NCBI GenBank assembly: GCA_001599295.1
Contig: BCGN01000011.1
Span: 248,001 to 312,000, forward strand
Length of the DNA: 64,000 bases
From: Sporopachydermia quercuum
Taxonomy: Eukaryota
Direction of reading: 5' to 3'
In this document: positions 1 through 11,243 of the stretch, piece after piece
How positions within the stretch are numbered: the stretch's first letter is position 1
How the letters are laid out: each line of letters opens with the position of its first letter
The notes under the pieces: model-generated
Told to the model about the DNA's origin: nothing
Database searches by the model: none
What the model saw: only the letters and a program-made list of their open reading frames with translations
Made by a program: the position numbers and the translations under genes

Positions 1-813
1 AGCGGGTAGGCAGACGATAGTATTATGGTACCATTTAATTTAGGAATTAAATACCTTTTGTTTGTTACTAGAAGCTACTTGAAAAGTTGTCAGCTTCTGA
101 TTGATAATATAGTAATAGTAATAATAAAAAAAGTCTATAATTGTATGACACCTAAAAACCCTGCTATTTAACCATAAGATTGAATGAATGCTCAATACAG
201 TATTCATTAATTACCTTCGGTAAAAGTTATTTTCGATAGTAAACAATAAGTAATACTAATTATAATACTAATGATAATTATATGACAGCTAGCTATGTTA
301 AGGCAATGATGCTGTTTCCAGCTGAAAATGTAGTGGTTTATCATTGGGAAATGGCTTGAGAGCAAGTGATACTAATAGGAATAATGAAATGAGTTCCATA
401 CTGATATTCTTACTATGCTCTATCATCTCTATTCTCTTTCTCATTTCTCTTACACATTCACTTTCTTACAGAAAAGCGCTACGTTTAACAATATAAAACA
501 ACACTATGCTATAACACTAATACGATCTATCATACATATATAAATAATTAACGCATGGAACTAAAAAAAATGATGTGAAATGAGTCACATAGCTCATAGA
601 ACCAATGGTGAAGATACTGGTTTAATATGCTAGTAATTGTAGTAGTTCTAGTGTACCAGTTCTCGTTACTCGAATAACAGTTACTCTAATAATACTATAG
701 AACCAATCCACTATTCAATTGCTGGTAAAAAAAAATTGAGAACATGAAAACTTTGAGTTAATCGGATACTTCATACCATAACAAATTGAAAGAAGAGATG
801 AGGTACTAATGGT

Positions 814-874
814 TGGTTCGGTTCGGTTCGGTTCAAGTAGTAATTGATGTAATTGATGTAATTGATGTAATTGA
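814..874. repeat. Microsatellites (GGTTC)x4 and (TAATTGATG)x~4
   Basis: Directly visible downstream of the SFL1-like gene. Confidence 0.8.
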
Positions 875-1097
875 CGCATTCAAATGCCACTGATATCCTG
901 ATATCCTTCATGGTACATTCAATTCATCCACTCCAGTTTGGTGTAGTTAATTTATTTCGATTTCTTTTGCTTTTGCTAATGCACACTTTCTTCTGCTTTT
1001 TTTAATCCATTTTCTCTATTCTAAAATAACACAGAACGAGTACCCAAAGCATCTACCGCAGCACATTTAGATACCAATAATGTTATGTTTTCGCTGA

Positions 1098-3602
1098 TTA
1101 ATTCAACAGAGAATGAACATTTGATCCAGCATTTGAAGTATTAACAAAATCAATTCTCTTAGGATCTTCTTCAATTCTGCTTGAATTCACCTTGTTTTTA
1201 ACTCCAATCAAAGAAAACTCAGCCCCAACAACACTTTTCCTATCTGATGCTCCTGACACTGATAGCTTTGGTAACGGCAATTCACTGATATAAGACACAG
1301 ATTGCTTTCTTCTCTCTACAGGTTGACTGCTTGAGCTCAGCGAACGTACTTTCCCTTCATGAGGCTCTCGTATTATTATAGGCACAGGAACTTTCTTATT
1401 ATCAAGTCCTGATCCACTTTGATTCTTGCTGTTGTCAGGAACAGAACCTGATCTGTCAACTCTTTCCTCGAGAACAACGCCAGAAGAAGACGAATGTGCA
1501 GTTTCACCTAACACGGTATTGTTACTATTAACGTTTGCTGTTGACACATGAGTTATGTTATTGCTATTGGGTTTTAGCATTGAAGACGTACCACTAGTGG
1601 AATTACTAGGATGATTCATAGAGCTTGACGAGGGACCTGAGATAGACCCTTGGAAAGGATTCGTTGCCAACGGATCATATAAGACAGAAGGATTTCTGTT
1701 TCTGCCCGCCCCAGTGAATTTGATTTCACTCCAATGAGAATCTCTAGCAGTTCTACTCCATGGGCCGGTAAAATTACCTACATGAGACGTGTCATCAGGC
1801 TTCAGTTTACTTCGAGCTCTTCCACCGTCGTTGGTATCATTTAGACCAGATCTTTGATGAGATTGGGTCTGATTTAGGCCAAATGCTCTCCCTGATCTTG
1901 GTGATGGTTCCTCTGATCTTTCAAATTTACGAACAGGAGGAGGGGTTCTTGCCTTCATTCTCTCATCTGATAGTTTCTGGCTCAATGCTGGTCTTTTGTT
2001 GTTTTGGTTCAATCCTAGATGATTCGTACTGTTATTGACTTGTTGCTGTTGTTGCTGTTGTTGTTGCTGTTGATGATGATGCAGCTCATCTGTACCACCG
2101 AATAAACCTCCTAAAACCGAAGAATTGTTGACGCTTTGTCCCTGGCCTTGGTTTTGGTTGTGGTGCTGGTTATGACTCTGGTTCCGACATTGATCTAGCT
2201 GTTGTATGATCGTCCGGAGGAGAAATAACATGTCAGACTTCGTCTTGCTTAAGTCTTCTACCACTTTATCATATTTCGAGAACAAATGAGAATAATCCTG
2301 TGATATCATCGCCATCTTCTCCTGAAGTTCATATAATCGTGCCTCTAGAAATGCTATATGGTCTGGTGAAGTATGAGAAGATGCCTGAGGAGAAACAGAA
2401 TCAATCCAATGACCTTGAAGATACGCAGAAGTTTGAGCTTGTTGAGAAATGTTTTGTTTATAGCTACCTGAAGATGTTGCTGATGAAGCTTCTTGGGGTT
2501 TCATGAAAGGTGTAGATGCAGATGAAGGAGCCTGCGAGCATGGCGGCCTTGAATAGCCTGGAGTTGAGAAATCAGAAGCTTTCCGCTGAGGACCATTGGG
2601 TCCTGTTTGATGCGATGGAACAAACCGCAGTTCTGTCAAAGAATGAGATCTTGACCCAGACAATGATGATCCTGGTGGATAATTCACAGGGTAACTTCTA
2701 TCACGTATGCTCTCTAAATCAGAATACTCTATTGACAGATGGCGCAATTGCGATGAAGACTGAGGTAAATACATTGACGGGCCGCTAGCACCAAGCGGTA
2801 AAGGTCTTTGGGTCATCATGCCACTATCATCATGTAAAGAAGCTGCATTCTCATCACCTGTAGAGGAAGCAAGATCATGTTTCCACGATGCTTGCACTGC
2901 TGATCTAACATCTTTAGTCGATTGTTTTGAAGATCTTCTTTTGATGTTTTTTAACGATTCGGAATCACCTTTCTTAAAATTGCCTGTCGAATGCTTGAAT
3001 TCCCATAGATTAAGAGCATGTGCATGTTCATCACTATGCACTGTGTCACTAGCTGATGACTGCGAGTTATCGTTTACTTTATGGAAACCATACATATTTA
3101 ACTGACGGATAAATGATGAAATGTTTCCATGTTTAAAGTACTGGCTCAAAATGTTGGAAAACTCTTCACCAGGATTAATGAAAAATGAATCACCTGTCTC
3201 CGACCAGAAGATCAGATGAGTCAGAGATTCTTCCTCAAGCATATTGTATAATTTATGTATGAATATTGTTTGATTGCCTGAGGTTGGCCTTGAAGAAGTT
3301 GTGGTGTCCGTACCTGTATTTGGTCTTGACGAGGTTGTAGTATCAGCACCTGTATTTGAATCTGCAGATGCATTGGTAGCAGCAGCTGCTCCAGAGTTTG
3401 ATGTAGCTATGGCTGTTGTTGAACTGACAGCTCCTAATGAATCATTCATGGTGGTACTACTACTAATATTAGAAGTGCTATTATTACTGTCTGATTTATC
3501 ACTTTTTGATGATTTCAACGAAGTTGTCGATGTTCGTCTTGGAGGATCTGTTTTGCTTTCAGCCTTCACTTCAGGCTTACCATCTTGTTTACCTGGTAAC
3601 AT
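1098..3602 (-). CDS. SFL1: HSF-type DNA-binding transcription factor, Sfl1/Mga1-like
   Basis: HSF domain FIHKLYNML...SQYFKHGNISSFIRQLNMYGFHKV...WEFKH, a coiled coil, poly-Q and S/N-rich tails; no receiver domain. The ORF-track start at 3662 is GTG; first ATG is at 3602. SFL1 vs MGA1/SFL2 is uncertain. Confidence 0.75.
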   Translation of the reverse strand: MLPGKQDGKPEVKAESKTDPPRRTSTTSLKSSKSDKSDSNNSTSNISSSTTMNDSLGAVSSTTAIATSNSGAAAATNASADSNTGADTTTSSRPNTGTDTTTSSRPTSGNQTIFIHKLYNMLEEESLTHLIFWSETGDSFFINPGEEFSNILSQYFKHGNISSFIRQLNMYGFHKVNDNSQSSASDTVHSDEHAHALNLWEFKHSTGNFKKGDSESLKNIKRRSSKQSTKDVRSAVQASWKHDLASSTGDENAASLHDDSGMMTQRPLPLGASGPSMYLPQSSSQLRHLSIEYSDLESIRDRSYPVNYPPGSSLSGSRSHSLTELRFVPSHQTGPNGPQRKASDFSTPGYSRPPCSQAPSSASTPFMKPQEASSATSSGSYKQNISQQAQTSAYLQGHWIDSVSPQASSHTSPDHIAFLEARLYELQEKMAMISQDYSHLFSKYDKVVEDLSKTKSDMLFLLRTIIQQLDQCRNQSHNQHHNQNQGQGQSVNNSSVLGGLFGGTDELHHHQQQQQQQQQQQVNNSTNHLGLNQNNKRPALSQKLSDERMKARTPPPVRKFERSEEPSPRSGRAFGLNQTQSHQRSGLNDTNDGGRARSKLKPDDTSHVGNFTGPWSRTARDSHWSEIKFTGAGRNRNPSVLYDPLATNPFQGSISGPSSSSMNHPSNSTSGTSSMLKPNSNNITHVSTANVNSNNTVLGETAHSSSSGVVLEERVDRSGSVPDNSKNQSGSGLDNKKVPVPIIIREPHEGKVRSLSSSSQPVERRKQSVSYISELPLPKLSVSGASDRKSVVGAEFSLIGVKNKVNSSRIEEDPKRIDFVNTSNAGSNVHSLLN

Positions 3603-6600
3603 TGTGCTCAGAGTTACTATAATGATCGTGTCGGAGCAATATCTATAAGCCTGTCGTTCCACTTTCTTTTGTTTTTGTTTTTGTTTTACTTAGCTGGATC
3701 TAATGTAATGAGCTCTCAACATTCGGGAAGGCCAATCGAATAATTAACTGAAATGAGTTTCACCGCGTATTGATCGCACCAAGTAGCAATTCTATACCTT
3801 GATCTAATAATAATGGGGAAGACTGACTTAGGAGAAGACTGAAAATACTTCAAAAGCTCGATTTTAGTGACTTAAACCAAATTCCACTAATACTCCAAGA
3901 ATAATAGGCAAATTGTTTGACGGACCAAAGTGTATCGAACAAAGAAAAAAGCCTTGTGACAACAAAATATGTTGTGTTGCAGGGAATATAATTATGCTTG
4001 CTTTTGAAAGAACCAATACTGAAAATTCACACAATTTCGATTAATAGTTAACAAATAACAAGCAAACAGGCTGAGCAAAAAAAAAAGAAAATAGAAGACG
4101 TATGACAATTCAAGTGATATCAACTGCAGTTACTTCTAGCTTATTGAAATGTGAAAAAAATCCTAGCCATTAACCCGCCGTTTCTCAAAAGATATATTCT
4201 CTTAGTATCTAGTAATTCTCTTCTCTTCTATTCTATCGTTATACGATGCTATACTCAAATCAGGTCTCTGTAATGGATTACAAACACTCACCTCATTTCA
4301 CTCAGACATTCAAATGGGCTCAAATATAAAAGAATAAAATAAATTGTAACTGCGAATGTATTTTAATCCACTTCATAGAGCTCCTGCACAACCTACTGCC
4401 AGGCTTCTAATACTAAGTCCTAAACAAGCAATGACAAGACTAGTATGAATATCTATGGTCGATACCATATCAAATTCAAGCCAGATGATGGAAGCTCGAA
4501 GGTTTCTACATTGCTATTCACTGAGTTTTGATATCTTTAAATTTTTGCTATATAACTATTGAAAGAATGGTTTACCAAAGGAGATGCAAAGACCATGCGG
4601 AAATATGTCAAATGGTGTGAGTTCCTGAGTCGGATAAACTTCACTTTACATGTAGGGTTAATTTGTAACTAAAAACCGAATACATATGATTTATAGTTTG
4701 GCTTTGTATCTAACTAAGCCAGGTTTCCCTTGTGTTTTGTCATGAAATCCTGAGTTTTGATATACTTGTCAAGGTTTTCTATGCCAGAAGCGAGAATAAT
4801 AAGAGGGTGAAAGAAGTGAAGCAATTACATGGATCTATATCGTCCAAATGAAAATTACAGTATTGATACTAAGAGAGAGAATTGATATTAGCAAGTTGTT
4901 GATACCGGCCTGTTATGTATATTTCATGATGATAGAGTTTCTTCTTATGGAGTGTTTGAGTTGAGTGTTGATACATTAATTGATTGAAACTCAGTTGAGC
5001 TAAGTTTCAAACTCACAAGATTAAACTCCCAATTAGAACTAAAGAGTATATATAATGGAATACAACTATATAGTATGTACTTCTTTAAAGTGGCTAAGAA
5101 CAATGGTAAGGCGAAGAACTGAACGTACATTATGTTCCCGTCTCAGAACCAGTAAATAACATCTCCCAAGAGGGGAAGTTTTTATGAATGGAAATATTAA
5201 AATTGTATGGAAGTTTCGAAGATGGAAAAGAAACAAAACCCTATTAGTGTGGTGCTATTTTCGAATGTCAGGTTGAAGCACTTAGTGATTCATGAATCAA
5301 TCAACAGATGCATCTTCAATATTCGCTTTCGTCAACCGCCAAGTTTCTTTCGGTCCTATAAAGTAAAATGATTTGTAATATGAGCTATAAATTATAGTCC
5401 ACAATTTTATTCATATTTTGGTGTTTTGAGACGTTGATTTTCAGTAAGAAGTCCTCTCTATTTCTAAGTGACTCTCATTCATTGCAGATAAAATAAAGAC
5501 ACTAGTTCTTGGAAAACAATGTCCTGATAAAAAAAAATTATTCGATAGTTTGACTAGTGTCTACTTTTTTCATTGTGCGTACTCTGGAAAAGTCCTACCC
5601 GACCATATTTAATCAAGTAAGTTAATGTTAATAGTAAGTTATCGTCCTATTTCAGAGAGTTGAGAATTCTGAATAATACTCTCAGAATAATATAATTATT
5701 ACAACACCTGTCATAAATTATTATACTTGATTCCGCAATTAGAAAAAATATAATGAGAAATGGTTAATGATTGTGACATCACTGAATCTGTGGATAAATA
5801 TAAAAAATAGTTTAGAATGAGAGTGATTGCAGCTATTCAATTCTTATCTACTTCTTTTCAATCGAAGATAAGATGTTATTGATTCATTTAACGTTTGGAC
5901 TGGTAGAAGGGCTCAATCAAACTTTGCTAAAGCCTTCACAAAACCTTCACTTAGAACTCTGGTAAAAAGTTAACCAATTAGACCTGACTATTCAACACTT
6001 TTTTTTCTATTTCAGAATTAGTATTCAACATTATATCCATCGGAATAGGTTCAAGTTACTTCAATGAATTATGAAATCACTTTACTGTATGTATTCTATC
6101 CCCTAGGGAAAGCTAANTAAACGAACATACGAATGATATCTTATTCCCTATCAATTATTTTTTCATTTATTATTCAATTTGGCGCTTGTCAGGATTCCTT
6201 ATTAATATTCCCTGATTTACTGTATCATTAAGAGTTAATTTAGTGAGCATTTCCTTAGTTCCTCTTTATGATGAACTATAATAAGAGGCTTGCTTAGCAA
6301 GCAAATACAAACTGAACTGTTACATGTATAAAACTTTGAAAAACACAAAGGATAATATACAGTGACGATAGTTTGATTGAGAAGGAAAGAAGCCCATTTA
6401 CTTGACTTTTCTATTCACAATTTATTAGTATATTTTCTCGATTGAAGTATTGACGAANGTCTTACTCGAAACAGGTATGCAATGATGAAATTATTACAGA
6501 TAATCTGATCTAAGGGGTTGTTGAGTTTGTTCGACAATCAAATCCGGTAATTTTGNTATTGGTATAAATGTGACATTGATTAGGTTAACTTAAAAATGTA

Positions 6601-7739
6601 CTAATCGGGTAATACAACTTAAATCAGTAAAGTAGCTAGTAATGCAAGATTTATGCAATGAAGATTAGTTTCATTATGGTAGATATATAATTTACATGCA
6701 AATATATGCATGATACAGCTCCAGGTGACTAGAAATTACCTATTGAAGATGAAAAAGCCAATATAACACTAGTTGTTATCATCATGCCAAGGCGATATTT
6801 ATTCCAACAAATATGCCGCGCATAAACAAGGTGCTTGATTTAAGTTATGATAAAGATAAACTTAAACAGTTGAGTATCTTGCATTCTATTCCTTCCAAAT
6901 CGGTATTGGANAAAGAAGTGACTTATATGAGAGAAGAATAAGAATCTTATTTAGGAATGTCACAAGAAAACGGAGATAAATGGAGAATGAAACAATCAAA
7001 TAAGCAAGCAAAAGACAGTTGATACAATTGCCATACTTTTCATACATCGTCTACTCTCGTACTTCAGTATGACATGACTATTACTGAGTATCTTCATGAT
7101 TTACAACGCATGTATGAATATCATTACTTCACAATATCTTTTTATCTTCGAAACGAAAATATCTCATCTCATGAAATTATATTTACCGGTTTGTTCTATG
7201 TCAAGCTCATCGTGACCCATACGTAATATATTAAGCTCATTCACTTCGTGATACGTTTTGTATGAAGTGGGCGAGCATTTTTCACTTCTTTCACTTCTTG
7301 TTACTCATTTTATTTTTTCCATCTTGGACATAAACCATTTTGAGTTGTAAGGATGCTCTAGTCGAAACGAACTTGATGGCCGACCATACAAAATTTTGTC
7401 TGTGACATGACATTATGTCTCATTTTATCAGTNTCCAAAATGTTGATTACCAAATCATAAAATCATGAAATCGCTTGCATAACTAGAAGGTCAGATGACA
7501 TAAATTTCCCTTTTAATAGATTGTGCAGATGTTGATTGTAGTATATCACCAATATTGAATTGATGTTGCTCATAGGATCAATAACAATGAATTGATGATG
7601 ACTATTCATGAGAGAACCGTGATTGATAATTTGCTGTGACTAACTGAAATTATTTCTTGATGTTATACGTATTATCAGTTTGCTTTAAGAGTAGTGTCTG
7701 AAAAGTTGTCATTTAGGGAAGAAGCATCAAATACTAAGA

Positions 7740-8239
7740 ATGGCTCCTGGTACCACCTATCCTAAGGCTAACATCCGAAAAGTGATGAAAAGAAATCAAC
7801 GTCATAAATTATCAAGAGGATCTGAATTACTCGTAAGTTGCGTAGCTCTTTTCTGTAAATTAGATCTCGATCATGCAATTAAGCAGGTTGAAGGATTCGA
7901 AGATCGGAGGCTAACACCCTAGAAAAGATTTACTTAGATTATGTGATATTCCTTGACAGGTAAGAGATTGTAAAAGTATATATGAAGTGACGCTTGGTGA
8001 AAGATAATTCTTTAGCAGTTGATAAGAAATACTAACAGATTTAAAGACTAATGAAATCTGCGGTGGGTGATCATAGGAATGAAATGGGAACAAAAGGAAC
8101 AATATTACCAAGAAATATTCGAATTGTAGAGTCTGTAAGTGCTTTTGGATAATTAATGATTACTATGTATTAATGATTCTGCAAGCACTCATTCTAACAT
8201 TTTTGTTTACAGAGCGTTCTAGATGAGTTCAAAGGCTGA
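7740..8239 (+). CDS. WIP1: CENP-W histone-fold kinetochore protein, 79 aa, 4 exons
   Basis: Exons 7740-7832, 7928-7959, 8047-8134 and 8213-8239 join in frame to MAPGTTYPKANIRKVMKRNQRHKLSRGSELL-IYLDYVIFLDR-LMKSAVGDHRNEMGTKGTILPRNIRIVES-SVLDEFKG*. Donors GTAAGT/GTAAGA with CTAAC branch points. Matches the fungal CENP-W pattern (YP...I.K...IYLDY..F...L...FKG) and is convergent with BCS1 as in S. cerevisiae. Confidence 0.85.
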
Positions 8240-8740
8240 CAGTGTTACAAGTCACGAAAGGAAGGAAGACCAGATAACTTTTTTGAAAACTGGCGGTAAT
8301 CCTGTCAGATAAGGATGCACTCTAATATAGAAGCATACACGACCCTATGAGCAGTCCAATATTCACTTCATTTATCTAGCCTGAGAATGTTCAGATTACG
8401 AGCGGATAGCTTCTTCTAGGTATTGTTGATGGCATTTCTTTGATACTGTTAATGGAGTGGAACGCTTGATAGATTATATAATATTGTGATTAGCAAAGGA
8501 CACTCAAATTTAACATTCTGATAAATGTCTAATTTGGTCAGTTAAAAGAAAAGTTCTTAAATCATACAAGCAACAGATATGTGATAACATAGATCCAAAC
8601 NGATATTAGGATACTGTTCAGCAGGGTGGATTGATCGAGTTACCATCAAAAATACTTCCAAGGATGTACAATACTTTGGTCAATTATATCAAGTCAGTTT
8701 ACAAATCGTTATTATTATTATATACAGGATATTTATTGCT

Positions 8741-10196
8741 TTAAGCATGGGCTAAAAATCGCACCATTTTGATTGCCTCTTCAGGATCTTTCTTATTCAT
8801 GGAGAATAAACCCTGTAACTCAGCAGTGCTGACATTCTGGCCGACCATTCTAACTGCCTTGAGGAACTCATCTCCCAACTCTGTCTTGTCTTTACCATAG
8901 AAATGAACGAACATCTCCTTAATTTGATAATGAGAAGCATAATTCAAGCATTCTTTCACGTCAATTCTACCTGGCCGCATCAAAGCAGGATCTAGTTTTT
9001 CTGGGTGATTAGTTGTCATGAATGTGATTGCTTCTTCAGCAGAAGCCACACCGTCTAAAGCATTCAACAAACCAGAAAATGTAACTCTTGATGCGTATCC
9101 ACCATCTTCCGTTTGCTCTCTTTGGTTAAATGCAGCATCAATATCTTCCAAGAGTAAGATACTTCTAGGTGGAACGTGGTTCATCAAATGATTCAGTCTG
9201 TCATCAGTCAAATGGTTTTCTGATAGATTAAGAATACAGATATTATAGTTCAAATGACCGGCTAAAGCTTGAATAAAACTAGATTTACCACTGCCAGGTG
9301 GACCAAACAATAGATATCCTCTTCTGTAAGGAATACCTCTGTCATAGTACCATTGACTGCTACGTAAAAACTCTTCCACATCTCCAACAATCTTCTCCTT
9401 AACACCATGATCTAATACTACAGAATCTAGAGATCTCTTCTTTCTGGGCTGACCAAACTGTCTCCACTCGTGACCCCTTGATAGGAACATCACAGTTTTT
9501 CCTTGCGTTGATTTCAATGCCAAATCTCGAGCATCCGCAAGCATCTGCGAAAACAAATGTCGATCTCGATACAAAGTAGTAATCTTGACCATTTCGAAAG
9601 GTGATCCATTATTCAAATCCATTATCCGTTCAGATCGTTCCCTGTTAATAAATAAATATGCACCTTTATACTTAATCAAATGATTTCCTGTGCCCGGTAC
9701 CATGGAAAACTTTGTAGATGCACTTCCGTTATCATGAACAACATATTCCGTTTCTACTCCAAACTTACGTGACATTCTATTAGGATTCTGTGCAACCCAT
9801 TCTAAAAACCAACTATATGACTGATCTCTCGATGTGATCTCTAGCTCTGCTAACATTTGTCGATACATGAATTGAGATCCCTGTATGATACCTTTCCTAG
9901 CTATAGCTAATGCTGATCCTAAGAGCATGAGGCCTCCTCCCTATAATTGAGTTAGAACCATAATTCGTCCAACATTCTGCTGTCCAATGAAGGAGGTATT
10001 CACAAGAAGAAATTCAGAGTATTCTACATACTGCGGCAAAATAAGGGTTTGATTTGATGACTTCCCCTAGTAAATTTCTTAAGGGTTCTGGTGCACTATG
10101 GATGAGACTTGACTGGTCTCCCAGGCCTGGTTGGCNTGGTGGTGTTGAGGAAACATCAACAGGAGTAGGATTAGCTGGGTTGGTTTGGGAATCCAT
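8741..10196 (-). CDS. BCS1: Mitochondrial AAA chaperone Bcs1, 454 aa, 2 exons
   Basis: Exon 1 10196-10032, intron 10031-9941 (GTATGT...TTCTAAC...TAG), exon 2 9940-8741. Splicing restores NPYFAA-GGGLML. Walker A GPPGSGKS, Walker B LLLEDID, RPGRID. Confidence 0.97.
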
Positions 10197-11243
10197 TTCT
10201 CATCTATTGTATCATACTAGTTAGTGAATCTACTGAAGTAAATGTAAATAGATTTTGATTTTGGTGTATTCATTAGCATTCAGATCCTGTTGTAATAGAG
10301 GAGGATTGGAGGAAGAGAGTGAGTTCGTATAGATAGTGAAAAATTCACTATGAGACTCCTTGCAATTATATAGGGTCTACTATATAGGGTCTTGTCCATA
10401 AGTAAGTATCTAGGTGACTGAGAGACATATAGATGTCAACATGAGATTTGAGATAGTAGGCTGTTATAATAGCTCTATTTTATATTTAGACAAAAAACTT
10501 GATATGATTTATAATAATAATCTTTTGTTTTGCCCGTACATTATATAAATTATAGAGCTATAGTTATGGTATTCTCATACACTAGGGCAGACCCTCATTT
10601 GATAATTTAGAGCACAATTATGCACAAATTTGCAAGAATATGCTCCAATGCGCGTAACTGTGCATACCAATTGATTCAATCAAGATGTCTTCTAACTAAC
10701 CATTTATGTTCCAAATAAATTTTCCTGTTGATTTTAATGAAATACGTATAGAACTACTAGTTAATTTACTTATTACTCTCCATTACAGATAACAAATATC
10801 AATCAGTTATTATTTCAACATCATTCCACCCTCCCACCAACCCTATACGTAACTCTAGTTATACTCACANATACTAACAGACCCCTTGCAGAAATAATAC
10901 ATCATCATACATATTCCTACATGACCTTCACCCTACTTACAAAAAATGTTCAGTGCCTTCGGATGATATATGTATTTGCCGCATACTAATGTTCTTGTTT
11001 TTTAATCCAAGAATCAGTGATTATTTGTTCATATTCTCGTATATATGATCAATTGGGCTTCTATTAGCAAACAAAGTCCGCTTGAAATGATGTGTGGACC
11101 AAGAAGCTCGAATCCATACTACTAAACACGTTATTTCTTCACATTTGTTCTGCATGGCTGTGCCCTGCTATATCCAATATANTATAATATAGTACAAGTA
11201 CAATCAATTCGTATAAAGGAAGACAGGATAATAAGCAAACAAG

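Noticed and set aside
3281..3358. 36-bp tandem duplication in the SFL1-like N-terminus (NTGADTTTSSRP/NTGTDTTTSSRP)
   Set aside because: Real but an ordinary in-frame low-complexity duplication.
6481..6510. C/D snoRNA (ATGATGA...CTGA)
   Set aside because: The boxes are under 20 nt apart, with no terminal stem or recognisable rRNA guide.
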